DNA of 64,000 nt from an uncultured Rhodospirillaceae bacterium. Its GTDB lineage: Bacteria; Pseudomonadota; Alphaproteobacteria; UBA9219. Numbering within the stretch: position 1 is the stretch's first letter; each line of letters opens with the position of its first letter. A model generated the notes under the pieces. That model ran no database searches, had not been told where the DNA came from, and saw nothing but the letters and a program-made list of their open reading frames with translations. Both the position numbers and the translations under genes were made by a program. The DNA lies in assembly GCA_964587125.1 (NCBI GenBank), contig CAZPKC010000003.1, forward strand, positions 64,372 through 128,371. The letters are read 5' to 3'. This document shows positions 19,807 to 29,309 of the stretch, in pieces.

Positions 19807-20931
19807 CTAAACAGCTTGCCAATTTCTATATTGTGACGACTTTACAACGGCGGCGATGCAATCGGCAAGCCCATCCGCCGCCGTCACTTTTCCCCACGCG
19901 CGCGCGGCGGCTGCCGTTTTGATGAGGGAGGACGGCAAGGCCATCAATGATTCCACCCTCACGGCCAATGACTCCGGCGTAAACGCCTGCTCCGGAATCA
20001 GCCACGCGCCCCCTGCTTCGGCCACGGCTTCGGCGTTGGCGGTTTGCTCGCCCGCATGGCCCCCCGGATAAGGAACTAAAATCGAAGGACGCCCGACGAC
20101 GGTAAGCTCGGCGATGGTCGAGCCTCCGGAGCGGCAGATAACCAGATGCGCTTCGGCCATCCGTTCGGGCACGTCGTAAAAGAAAGGCGCAAGCTCGGCG
20201 TCGACTCCGGCGGCGGCGAATCCCGAACGCGCCGCTTCGATGTCTTCTTTGCGGCATTGTTGCGCAATCACGATGCGGCGGCGCAGATGTTCGGGCATCA
20301 AGGCCAAAGCCTGCGGCACGACATAACTGAATACGCGCGTTCCAAGGCTTCCTCCAAGGACAAGGATTTTCATGGGGCCGTTCTCGGACAGACCGGCGTA
20401 GGGCTTGGCGCGCAATGCCATAAAGTCCGGACGCACCGGATTTCCGGTATAGGCCAGACGCGCGCCATCGGGAGGCTTTAACCCAAGGACTTGGGGAAAT
20501 GATGTCGCTATGACGCGGGCTTTATTTATTAAGGCGCGGTTGGCGCGTCCCAAAATGGCATTTTGTTCATGCAGGCAAATAGGAACTTTCAACTGCGCGG
20601 CGGCATAGAGCGTCGGAACGGAAGGATAGCCTCCAAAACCGACGACAACTGCCGGACGCAATTTGCCCAAACGCCACCGCGCTTGCAACAGGCCGATGCC
20701 CATTTCAACGATGCCGCGAATTTTTCCGAATATTCCGCGCCCCAAAGAGCTGGCGCGGATTCGATAGACGGGGATGAGCAAATCGCCGCTGAATTTAACG
20801 CCGCGTTGATCGGTTACCAAAGCGACGCGATAGCCGCGCCCTAAAAGTTCGCGCGCCAAAGCTTCCGCCGGAAAAATGTGGCCGCCGGTGCCTCCGGCCG
20901 CAAGGACGACGAGGGGAGATGATTCAGTCAT
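19807..20931 (-). CDS. murG: UDP-GlcNAc:undecaprenyl-PP-MurNAc-pentapeptide GlcNAc transferase.
   Basis: The GT28 N-terminal motif GGTGGHIFPA is present. The start is assigned to ATG 20931 (MTESSPLVVLAAGG); the ORF-track extension overlaps sppA. Confidence 0.9.
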   Translation of the reverse strand: MTESSPLVVLAAGGTGGHIFPAEALARELLGRGYRVALVTDQRGVKFSGDLLIPVYRIRASSLGRGIFGKIRGIVEMGIGLLQARWRLGKLRPAVVVGFGGYPSVPTLYAAAQLKVPICLHEQNAILGRANRALINKARVIATSFPQVLGLKPPDGARLAYTGNPVRPDFMALRAKPYAGLSENGPMKILVLGGSLGTRVFSYVVPQALALMPEHLRRRIVIAQQCRKEDIEAARSGFAAAGVDAELAPFFYDVPERMAEAHLVICRSGGSTIAELTVVGRPSILVPYPGGHAGEQTANAEAVAEAGGAWLIPEQAFTPESLAVRVESLMALPSSLIKTAAAARAWGKVTAADGLADCIAAVVKSSQYRNWQAV

Positions 20932-22702
20932 GAATGGGCTCCAAGGATTGCATGCGCGCCGCGACCGGACGATCGGCAAAAGACGCCAACCCCAACAAAG
21001 AACCCAAAGCGTGTTGAGCTTTCGCAAACTTCGCGGCGGATATAACGAGCGATGCGCTCTCGGCGTTAAACCGGCGTATAAACTTCAGGAAGCGTTCCGC
21101 AGGCGTCGGCGGAGCCGGGAAAGTTTCAAGGGAAAGAACGGCTTTATCGTCGAGCTTTAAAGCCTTGCGTACCGCGTTTAACGCCGCGTCATAACCGCCG
21201 AGTTCGTCGATCAAGCCGATCTTGACCGCCTGCTCCCCTGTAAAGACGCGGCCCTTGGCGACATCGGGCATTTTCTCCATCGGGATTTTGCGCGCTTCGG
21301 ATACGTCATCGACAAAAGAACGATACGTGTTATCCAGAAGCGCATTGACCCTCGCCCGTTGAACAGGCGTAAACTCAGCCGTCATCGTCCACATGCCGGC
21401 ATTTGCCGCCGTCGAGACTCCGTCCATCGACACCCCGATTTTTTGCATCAATTCGTTGGCGGCGAATTTGCCCGCGACAACCCCGATGGAACCCGTCAGC
21501 GTCGAAGGATCGGCGACGATCTTGTCGCCGTTCATGGCAATCCAATAGCCGCCCGACGCCGCCACTTCTCCCATCGATACGATGACCGGCTTGCCTTGCT
21601 TTTGCGCGGCGATCATCGCGCGGCGAATGGTTTCGGACGCGGCGGGAGATCCTCCGGGGCTGTCGATGCGAAACAAAATCGCCTTGACGTCTTTGTCCTC
21701 GGCGGCGTCCTTGAACGCGCCCGAAATCGTATCAGCGCCCATGATCTGTTCGTCCGTCAGGCTTCCGCCGTCGAAGCTCTTGTCCATAATAAGCCCTACG
21801 CCGTAGATCAGCGCGACGGTCGTTTGGTTCTTCGCGTCCTCCTTGTCAACGATGTCGAGATAGTCCTCGACGTCGAGCTGCTTGGCGTCTTTGCCCGCCT
21901 TGCGGTCGATCTCGTCGTCGAATTCGTCGGCATAGGCCAACCGCGCGATCAGTCCTTCCTGCACCGCTTCCTCGTCGGTATAGGGTCCCCGCGCCATAAG
22001 ATTTTTGACGTGATCGACATCCCATTTGCGGCTTGCGGCGATGCCTTCGGCGATCTGACCCGACAGGTTATCGACCATCGCCTGCATTTCCGCTTTTACG
22101 GGAGGCGAGAAGTTGTTGCGTTGGCCGATTTCCATGAAAGATTTATATTCTTCGCGCTGCATGAAATCGGCAACGACGCCGATTTTATCGAGCGCGGCCT
22201 TGGCAAAAGGCGATTGCAGAGAAACCCCCGTCAGGCTGACCGTCCCGACCGGTTGCAACCAGATGTTTTCGAATTCGGAGGCGAGGAAATAGGCGCGATT
22301 GCCGAGCCCATATTCGCCAAAATCCGTTCCATAGGCGTACGTGAATTTGCCATGCGCGCGAAAACGTTCCAGAGCCGCGCGTATTTCCTGCGCTTGCGCC
22401 AACGTCGGTTGCTGGGTGCCGAAACGCGCCGCGATTCCCTTGACATGAGAATCTTCCGCCGCGTGGTCGATGGCGGTCAAGATATCCAAAAGAGGAACCG
22501 GTTCGTTATCCATGGCGAGATCGAAAGGCGAGGAATCGTCTTGCTCGACGATCGGATGGCTAAAATCCATTGTCAGAACGACGCTTTTTGGCTCAGGTTC
22601 GATCCGGTTTTGGGCGTGATATGCGACGATGACGCCGCCGATGACCGACACAACGATCAGAAATCCTACAAGCGCAAAACAATGAACGACGAATTTAAGC
22701 AC
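20924..22702 (-). CDS. sppA: Signal peptide peptidase SppA (protease IV, 67K type).
   Basis: An N-terminal TM helix is followed by tandem ClpP/crotonase-fold S49 domains (SPGGSPAASE, SMGEVAASGGYWIA). Confidence 0.85.
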   Translation of the reverse strand: MLKFVVHCFALVGFLIVVSVIGGVIVAYHAQNRIEPEPKSVVLTMDFSHPIVEQDDSSPFDLAMDNEPVPLLDILTAIDHAAEDSHVKGIAARFGTQQPTLAQAQEIRAALERFRAHGKFTYAYGTDFGEYGLGNRAYFLASEFENIWLQPVGTVSLTGVSLQSPFAKAALDKIGVVADFMQREEYKSFMEIGQRNNFSPPVKAEMQAMVDNLSGQIAEGIAASRKWDVDHVKNLMARGPYTDEEAVQEGLIARLAYADEFDDEIDRKAGKDAKQLDVEDYLDIVDKEDAKNQTTVALIYGVGLIMDKSFDGGSLTDEQIMGADTISGAFKDAAEDKDVKAILFRIDSPGGSPAASETIRRAMIAAQKQGKPVIVSMGEVAASGGYWIAMNGDKIVADPSTLTGSIGVVAGKFAANELMQKIGVSMDGVSTAANAGMWTMTAEFTPVQRARVNALLDNTYRSFVDDVSEARKIPMEKMPDVAKGRVFTGEQAVKIGLIDELGGYDAALNAVRKALKLDDKAVLSLETFPAPPTPAERFLKFIRRFNAESASLVISAAKFAKAQHALGSLLGLASFADRPVAARMQSLEPIHD

Positions 22703-22900
22703 GTCTCAACCTATGAGGAGGGGAAAAGAGTTAAAATAACTATATCAATCCGAGGCCAATGTCACTTGTAAACCTTAATTTCATTCCAAATTCGGCGAAT
22801 CCGCAAAATGACGGAAAACGACAAAAAGTTCCTAATTACTTTCATAAAGTTATGTTAGACCCTTCATGAAACAGTATTTTCAATTGAAGGGATAATCATT

Positions 22901-23419
22901 GTGCTTAACATCACTTTTTACGCCGTAAAGGCGGACAAATATAATCAGCCACATATTCTCTATTGTAAAGACCGTCTCGTTGCGGAGCTTATGACAAGCG
23001 GGCCCGTAAAAGAAATTCCCCTGACTCCCGATCCCGAACTTCCCTGGTTCAGAATTGAAGAGATCGGCGTCAAAGACAAAATCAATGTCGATACAATCAA
23101 AGGTTTTTGGATAAATCATCCCGATATGGATTCCGATATTCCACGACATTATGGCAAGTTCACCTTCGCCATTACGCGGGATGGAAGCGTGCATTCCATA
23201 GTGGGTTGCCGGGACGAAATTGCGAAGCGGGTGCCTAAATCCAATAAAGAGATTCTTGTCGTGCCCGCTGGGCTTGTCGGCCTTTGCACCGCTCTGAACG
23301 AAGCCCTCGAAACGGGTTGTCCTAATCCTATTGAAACGGCATATACTACAATCGCTAACAGGGAAGAAGATCGTAAAATTCCGGATTTATCCGATCGCTG
23401 TCCCTGTAAATTCGGATAA
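22901..23419 (+). CDS. Hypothetical protein (172 aa) in a locally AT-richer patch.
   Basis: It has a GTG start with an AAGGGA RBS. I recognise no domain. There is a C-terminal Cys pair (CPNP...CPCKFG). Confidence 0.5.
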   Translation: MLNITFYAVKADKYNQPHILYCKDRLVAELMTSGPVKEIPLTPDPELPWFRIEEIGVKDKINVDTIKGFWINHPDMDSDIPRHYGKFTFAITRDGSVHSIVGCRDEIAKRVPKSNKEILVVPAGLVGLCTALNEALETGCPNPIETAYTTIANREEDRKIPDLSDRCPCKFG

Positions 23420-23497
23420 GTGGCAGTAAGCAAATCTTTGCCAACGCGTTAAAAGAGGATAAAAGACTCTTCCCTAAACTTTTGTCCCTTTTGACGC

Positions 23498-25378
23498 ATG
23501 CCGCTTCCTCCCGACGATCCTTTCATGCTGGCTTTGGACGCTTATCAGGCCAAGCGCTTCGATGAGGCCGCCATGCACTGCCAGACGGCCTTGCAAAACA
23601 AGCCGGACAATCCCGCTTGTCTGCATCTGATGGGCGCGATCGAGTTTTGCTTCGGGCATAGGAACGAAGCCGAAAATTTGATGCGGCGATCCATAACGCT
23701 GAAACCCGGCTTTGCCGAAATTCATTACAGTTTCGCGCAAGTTCTCGCCGCGCAGGGTAAAAACGCCGAAGCTCTGGAGCATTACAAAAAAACTTTGGAG
23801 CTTAAGCCCGATCATGCCGACGCTTTGTTCGGAATGGGCAATGTCCTCGCGCTTTTGGGACAACGCGAGAATGCCGCAAAGGCCTATGAACAAACTCTTA
23901 AAATAAGGCCGGAGTATCCCGAAGCGTTAAATAATCTCGGCGTCTTCCGGTTCGAAAATGGAGATTTTGACGAGGCGATCCGGCTCGAGCAACGCGCGAT
24001 CGACTTGCGTCCCCAATATGCCGCCGCTCACAATAATCTTGGCAACGCCTATAAAGAAAAAAAATTCTGGGCGAAGGCGATCGGTTGCTATCGCCGCGCC
24101 TTGGCCCACAAGCCCGATCTTTTTCAAGCCGTCAATAACATGGGGCTTGCGCTTATGTATGGCGCTTCGGATTTGCCCGCGGCGGCTTCGTGTTTCAGGC
24201 AAGTCCTCGAACAACATCCCGATAACGTCGCCGCGATGACGCATCTTGGCATCACGCTCTGCATGGAAGGAAACTTCGCCGAAGGCGTCGCGTGGTACGA
24301 AAAAGCATTGGCCTTGCAGCCGGATTACCGCGATGCTTTGAATAATATGGGAAACGCTTTAAGGGCTTTGGGGCGCGTGGAAGAAGCTCTTTCCTTTTAC
24401 GAGCGCGTCAAAGCGACAAAGCCCGACGATCCCGAAATTCACAACAATATGGCTATGGCGCTTTTGACGGCCGGACGTTTCCTTGAAGGATGGAGCGAAT
24501 ACGAATGGCGCTGGAAAACGGCTCAGCTGGCGGAGGCCAAACGTTCTTTTCCGCAGCCCCAATGGCGCGGCGAGGAGGCGGAAGGACGGACGCTGCTTAT
24601 TCATGCCGAGCAAGGCTTCGGCGATACGCTGCAATTTTGCCGCTATGCGCCGATGGCCGCGAAGCTTGGCTGGAAAGTCATTCTCGAGGTTCAGCCCGAA
24701 CTCGTTTCTTTGATCAATTCGCTCAAAGGCGTCGATAAAGTATTTCCCTCGGGCGCGATCATGCCGCCCTTCGATTTTCATTGTCCGATGATGTCTTTGC
24801 CTGTCGCTTTCAAAACGCAAGTTGATACGATACCCGCCGATATCCCGTATCTTTTCGCGGACAAGAAAAAAACAAAAGCTTGGCGCGAACGGCTTTCGAA
24901 CGATCCGAAAGGATTGAAAGCCGGATTGGTATGGACCGGAAATCCCCGATTGTTTTCGCTCGATCTCGCGGCGGCAAATGTGCGGCGTTCGCTGATGCCG
25001 GAGTCGCTCGCCCCTTTGGCGGGATTAAAAAACGTTCAATTTTACAGCCTGCAAAAAGGCGGGTTTAAACTTGGGACGGATTTAGGTCTCATCGACACTA
25101 TGGATGAATGCAAAGATTTTTCGGATACCGCCGCGCTTATCGCCAACCTCGATCTTATCATCAGCGTCGATACCTCCGTCGCGCATTTGGCTGGCGCTCT
25201 CGGCAAGCCGGTTTGGCTCCTTAACCGTTTCGACAGTTGCTGGCGCTGGTTCCGCGAGCGCGAAGACAGCCCGTGGTATCCGACTATGCGCATCTTCAGA
25301 CAACCAAGTTCGGGGGACTGGGCGAGCGTCATCGAAAGAGTTAAAGATCAGCTCATAACGGCGCCTGCGCCTGTTTAA
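23498..25378 (+). CDS. TPR-repeat protein fused to a C-terminal GT9-like (heptosyltransferase-fold) glycosyltransferase domain.
   Basis: About seven TPR units form the N-terminal part (repeats of AxxxYxxALxxxPdxxxAxxnLG). The C-terminus carries GFGDTLQF...ISVDTSVAHLAGALGKPVWLL, typical of family-9 glycosyltransferases. Confidence 0.8.
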   Translation: MPLPPDDPFMLALDAYQAKRFDEAAMHCQTALQNKPDNPACLHLMGAIEFCFGHRNEAENLMRRSITLKPGFAEIHYSFAQVLAAQGKNAEALEHYKKTLELKPDHADALFGMGNVLALLGQRENAAKAYEQTLKIRPEYPEALNNLGVFRFENGDFDEAIRLEQRAIDLRPQYAAAHNNLGNAYKEKKFWAKAIGCYRRALAHKPDLFQAVNNMGLALMYGASDLPAAASCFRQVLEQHPDNVAAMTHLGITLCMEGNFAEGVAWYEKALALQPDYRDALNNMGNALRALGRVEEALSFYERVKATKPDDPEIHNNMAMALLTAGRFLEGWSEYEWRWKTAQLAEAKRSFPQPQWRGEEAEGRTLLIHAEQGFGDTLQFCRYAPMAAKLGWKVILEVQPELVSLINSLKGVDKVFPSGAIMPPFDFHCPMMSLPVAFKTQVDTIPADIPYLFADKKKTKAWRERLSNDPKGLKAGLVWTGNPRLFSLDLAAANVRRSLMPESLAPLAGLKNVQFYSLQKGGFKLGTDLGLIDTMDECKDFSDTAALIANLDLIISVDTSVAHLAGALGKPVWLLNRFDSCWRWFREREDSPWYPTMRIFRQPSSGDWASVIERVKDQLITAPAPV

Positions 25379-25986
25379 CGCGCCTTTTTCGAGACAACAA
25401 TCTTACTCACGACATCATGCAAAACTTGGGCTGTCGCTTCCAAAGAATTTCCCCACGATTTAACCGCCTGAGTATCGGCACCGTCTGAAATATATTTTAA
25501 ACAGCAAAAGGGAACGTTCATTCCCGAACAAACCTTCGCCAAGGCGTAGGCTTCCATATCCACAACGTTCCACCCATGCATCTTGCCGTCCGTCACAAAA
25601 TTGTCGCCGCTTCCGCATACGCCTTGGGGAAAATCCTCGCAACGCAACCCCGCCGAGAAAACCGGCGAAAGGCATTCATTCGGCGTCGTAAACAGCGCAT
25701 GGCCGAATACCGTCACATCCATGTCCCGTTGAATAAATTGCGTGCAATTGACAATGCTTCCGCAAGGAAACAAGCCGGAGCCCGCGCTTCCTACATTCAA
25801 GACAAGTTCCGGATAGGCGCCGTTCTTTTCTTTCCACGCCGACAAACCAAGCACGAGCTGATAGGCAGCGTTTACTTTTCCGACCCCTGTATAGATTGTG
25901 TGAAAATCGTCGAAAAGTTCCTGAGCCTCCGATTTAAGCGCAAAAACAAGCAAGGTCGTGTCGATGGAAACTGGATGAAAGGACAT
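25375..25986 (-). CDS. PNP/UDP-1 family nucleosidase: an MTA/SAH nucleosidase (Pfs-like), or possibly an HpnG-type adenosylhopane nucleosidase.
   Basis: It aligns with Pfs motifs (VGSAGS, SGD, DMEAYA, KYISD). The start is assigned to ATG 25986. Confidence 0.7.
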   Translation of the reverse strand: MSFHPVSIDTTLLVFALKSEAQELFDDFHTIYTGVGKVNAAYQLVLGLSAWKEKNGAYPELVLNVGSAGSGLFPCGSIVNCTQFIQRDMDVTVFGHALFTTPNECLSPVFSAGLRCEDFPQGVCGSGDNFVTDGKMHGWNVVDMEAYALAKVCSGMNVPFCCLKYISDGADTQAVKSWGNSLEATAQVLHDVVSKIVVSKKAR

Positions 25987-26058
25987 GTTAAACCCTAAAA
26001 AACGATATTGAGGGGATGGGGCAGAGCTTGCCAATTCTTGATCTGCGATAGGTATAGC

Positions 26059-26607
26059 TTAGCTCTCTTCATAACAGATCGAAAGAATTTCGATCGTGTC
26101 AACGCCCGACGGCGTACGCACCTCGACCGCATCGCCGACGCGCGCTTTCAGCAAAGCCTTGGCGATAGGCGATATCCAGCTGATTTTGCCTTCGGAAAGC
26201 TCGGCTTCATCGACGCCCACCAAAGTCACCGTGTTTTCGCTATCATCCATACGGACGTAGGTGACCGTCGCGCCGAAGAACACCTGATTGCGTTTTTTCT
26301 GCTGTTTGGGATCGACGACTTCCGCCGTTTCCAACTTCTTTGTAAGGTAATGCACGCGGCTATCGATCTCGCGCAAGCGTTTTTTGCCGTAGATATAGTC
26401 TCCGTTTTCGGAACGATCGCCATTGCCCGCCGCCCATGAAACGACTTCGACGACTTTAGGGCGTTCGACGCGCAACAATTGGCGCAGCTCTTCCTGCAAC
26501 GCCGCGAAGCCGCGCGGAGTCATGTAGTTCTTGGCGCCTGAGAAAACGGTTTTGGGTTCGATATCCTCGTCGCCGTTTCCTTCGTCTTTGGTGAAGGCCT
26601 TGCTCAT
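26059..26607 (-). CDS. greB: Transcription elongation factor GreB-like protein (Gre family) with a 27-aa N-terminal extension.
   Basis: The protein is collinear with E. coli GreB (WAAGNGDRSENGDYIYGKKRLREIDSRVHYLTK; VGVDE; ISWISPIAKALL). Confidence 0.8.
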   Translation of the reverse strand: MSKAFTKDEGNGDEDIEPKTVFSGAKNYMTPRGFAALQEELRQLLRVERPKVVEVVSWAAGNGDRSENGDYIYGKKRLREIDSRVHYLTKKLETAEVVDPKQQKKRNQVFFGATVTYVRMDDSENTVTLVGVDEAELSEGKISWISPIAKALLKARVGDAVEVRTPSGVDTIEILSICYEES

Positions 26608-27629
26608 TTCATCATCTCTTTAACGCGGTCTGCCACGAGGCGCATGTCGTCGAGCGGCGCATAAGTCCATTTTTCGATGTGCCCTTTAAAAGGACGCGTC
26701 ATGCCGTCGTCGGCCATCGCCTGATGGAAGCGGCGGAATTTGTCCGAACCGCCCGGCAAATCGATCACCAGCACCGGCTTGCCCGTCGAACACGCTTCGG
26801 ACACCATATTGACGCTATCGCAGGTGACTAGAATGGCCTCCGCCAGCCCCAACATACCATAGTAGGGGTTTGCGCCCTGCCCGTCCCAGATAGTGACGGG
26901 CTTTCCGCGCAAGGCATTTTCCAAAATCGCCATGTTTTCCGTGCCCGTGCGACGGGAGGGCGTAATCATCAGGCTTCCTTCCCGTCCGGCCAAAGCCGCG
27001 AGTTGTTCCGATAAAACTTTCATCTCGCGCGAAGTCAGGCTGTATACAGAATTGCTTCCGCCGATCAGTACCGCGATACGGGGCGGCGGCAAATGCGCGA
27101 CCTGCGGCAGAAATTTTTCAGCCTCGCTTGCCAGCATCTCGGAAGTCACGCGATGCAAGGCTCCGCGCGTCGTCATGACGTTCGCGCCCGTCAGATGATC
27201 GTGGCGCGGGATGACGACAAGATCGAACCGCGACGGATCGATAACCGGGTTCTGAATTTGAACGACAAAAGTTCTCTTCCCGCCGTTTTTCTGCGACATG
27301 CGCCGCACGTAAAGCGAGGCTGGAACGCTAAGGCGCCCCGTCGCGATCAGAATATCCGGCCAAGGAGGTGCGATGGGATCGCCCTTGGCGCTGAATGCAT
27401 ACGCCAACCCGTGCCGCAGAAAAGGGCTTAACTGTTTCCATGGGCTCCGAAGTTTAATGCGCTTGACCACGGGTTGCAGGCCTAACGCCGATGCCAATCC
27501 CAGGCATTGATTTTCCATGCCAGCCTTGCCGTCGGTAACGACCCAACAGGAAGGTTTTGAAACATTTAAATGAGCAGGCGCCGAATTAGTTAACATAAGC
27601 GAGGATCTCTGCTGTTGAAAAGACGACAC
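26604..27629 (-). CDS. ELM1/DUF1022-family putative nucleotide-sugar glycosyltransferase.
   Basis: A family-typical N-terminus (WVVTDGKAGMENQCLGLASALGL) is present. Its stop overlaps the greB start as ATGA. The start may instead be ATG 27596. Confidence 0.7.
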   Translation of the reverse strand: MSSFQQQRSSLMLTNSAPAHLNVSKPSCWVVTDGKAGMENQCLGLASALGLQPVVKRIKLRSPWKQLSPFLRHGLAYAFSAKGDPIAPPWPDILIATGRLSVPASLYVRRMSQKNGGKRTFVVQIQNPVIDPSRFDLVVIPRHDHLTGANVMTTRGALHRVTSEMLASEAEKFLPQVAHLPPPRIAVLIGGSNSVYSLTSREMKVLSEQLAALAGREGSLMITPSRRTGTENMAILENALRGKPVTIWDGQGANPYYGMLGLAEAILVTCDSVNMVSEACSTGKPVLVIDLPGGSDKFRRFHQAMADDGMTRPFKGHIEKWTYAPLDDMRLVADRVKEMMK

Positions 27630-27719
27630 ATTTCCATTCTATAGACATTTATCTCGTAATAGAAGCCGCCTTTGTTTTGTGCTACTTTAAACTTGGAATT
27701 CGGTCCCTATATATATGCC

Positions 27720-28205
27720 ATGAAGCTGGTCAAACTCGATCTTACAGACCTTCGCATTTTGCGCGAATTGCAGCAGGACGGCAGCATCACGAACGTTGCC
27801 CTGTCCAAAAAGGTCGGCATCTCCCCGCCGCCATGCCTGCGGCGCGTGCGCGCTTTGGAGGAATCCGGCTACATTCGCGGCTATTACGCCGACATAGCCC
27901 CGGATAAAATGGGCTTCGGCATCACGGTATTCGCCATGGTGTCGCTGACAAATCATAGCGAAAGCGACATTGCTCATTTTTCCAAATTGATCGACGGCTG
28001 GCCGCAGGTGCGCGAGAGTTATTTGATGACCGGCGATACCGATTTTCTTTTGAAAATCGTCGCCGAAGACTGGGAAGCGTTCCAGAAATTCGTCACGAGC
28101 CAAATTAGCGGCGCGCCCAACGTCGCGCACATTAAATCGATGCCCGCGATGCGCCGCACGAAATACGCGCCGGGCGTGCCGATCGAGGAAAAAAGCTCCT
28201 CATGA
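27720..28205 (+). CDS. lrp: Lrp/AsnC-family transcriptional regulator.
   Basis: The N-terminal HTH (LDLTDLRILRELQQDGSITNVALSKKVGISPPPCLRRVRALEESGYI) is followed by a RAM domain. Confidence 0.85.
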   Translation: MKLVKLDLTDLRILRELQQDGSITNVALSKKVGISPPPCLRRVRALEESGYIRGYYADIAPDKMGFGITVFAMVSLTNHSESDIAHFSKLIDGWPQVRESYLMTGDTDFLLKIVAEDWEAFQKFVTSQISGAPNVAHIKSMPAMRRTKYAPGVPIEEKSSS

Positions 28206-28219
28206 AAAGGACAAAACAA

Positions 28220-28256
28220 AAACCGCCGGAGTAAAACACTCCGGCGGTTCTTTTTG
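28220..28256. terminator. Bidirectional rho-independent terminator shared by lrp (+) and the OMP gene (-).
   Basis: The stem ACCGCCGGAG / CTCCGGCGGT encloses a 7-nt loop. It is flanked by an A-run upstream and a T-run downstream, so it can function on both strands. Confidence 0.75.
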
Positions 28257-28272
28257 GGCGCTTCTCGTTTGT

Positions 28273-29175
28273 CTAGTACAGCGGCACGACGAGGCGAACG
28301 TTGAACATATCGCCGCCAACCTCGTTATGCGTCATGACACCGTAGTTCCATGTGGCCATCACATCGACAGGCCCGAAGTTATATCCGGCGATAGGCCCGA
28401 TGCCATAGTTCTCTTGCGTGGAGTTCGCCACGGTGGCGCCGTTCGATTTATCCTTCTCAAGCTGATTCTGCTCGAAGGCCCCAATACCGGCGGTCCACTT
28501 GCCAATCGTTTTAGTGACCGTGTAGTCAACGTCGAACATATTGCCGGAATTATAATGGGTCGTATCGTCCTCAAGATTGTAGTCATAGCGCATATCGGCG
28601 CTGAGATTCCATCCATCATGAAGCCAGCTTAACCCTAATTCAGGGCTGAATGTCCAAAAGCTGTTGCCCGATCCTACGCCCCCGTTAGGAGCCGGATGAG
28701 CCGGAGAAGAACTCGGGTCGTCAACATAAACCGAAAGTCCCGTTTTGACATGGAAATCCATAGGCAACGCCCAGGATAACTGGCCCGGAATAAGGACTGT
28801 GTTGTATGTGCCGGTGTGACCATTGTCATTCTTGTACGGCCCCCCGGACATGTCCAGATAATCAAACGGCTGAGCGATCGCTACGGCATAATCCGCGCCG
28901 AGAACTTTGATTCCCGGATTCCACAAAACGATGGGAATATCAAGCCACGCATTAAGTTTAATGCCGTTAGTATTGGAATTGGTGCCATTCATGTCCTTCC
29001 ACGTCGCAAAATATGTGTCGTTGATGAAATAAACTCCCTCGGGCGGAAGCGCGCCCGCAGCCAGCCCTTCGTCCGTACCGCGCAAATGCGGATTCCATAA
29101 TTCTTCGGCAAAAGCGCTTCCAGCAGTAAGCACAACCGTAGCGGCTAATGCCGCGGCACATACGACCTTCTTCAT
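28273..29175 (-). CDS. Outer-membrane beta-barrel protein, putative transporter of the MetA-pathway/phenol-degradation-like OMP family.
   Basis: It has a signal peptide MKKVVCAAALAATVVLTAGSAFA, alternating amphipathic beta strands, and an aromatic-rich C-terminus ending in Y. Confidence 0.65.
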   Translation of the reverse strand: MKKVVCAAALAATVVLTAGSAFAEELWNPHLRGTDEGLAAGALPPEGVYFINDTYFATWKDMNGTNSNTNGIKLNAWLDIPIVLWNPGIKVLGADYAVAIAQPFDYLDMSGGPYKNDNGHTGTYNTVLIPGQLSWALPMDFHVKTGLSVYVDDPSSSPAHPAPNGGVGSGNSFWTFSPELGLSWLHDGWNLSADMRYDYNLEDDTTHYNSGNMFDVDYTVTKTIGKWTAGIGAFEQNQLEKDKSNGATVANSTQENYGIGPIAGYNFGPVDVMATWNYGVMTHNEVGGDMFNVRLVVPLY

Positions 29176-29309
29176 TTACGACCTCTTTCTTTTAGAGTTT
29201 GTTAGGGCGGGACGTTATCCATATTCACTTGGAACGTTGATTAAAGGCTAATGAACTTTTGTCATAAAGCCAAGACTGAAAAACTCGTCCTACGGCCGTA
29301 TTCGCGCAA

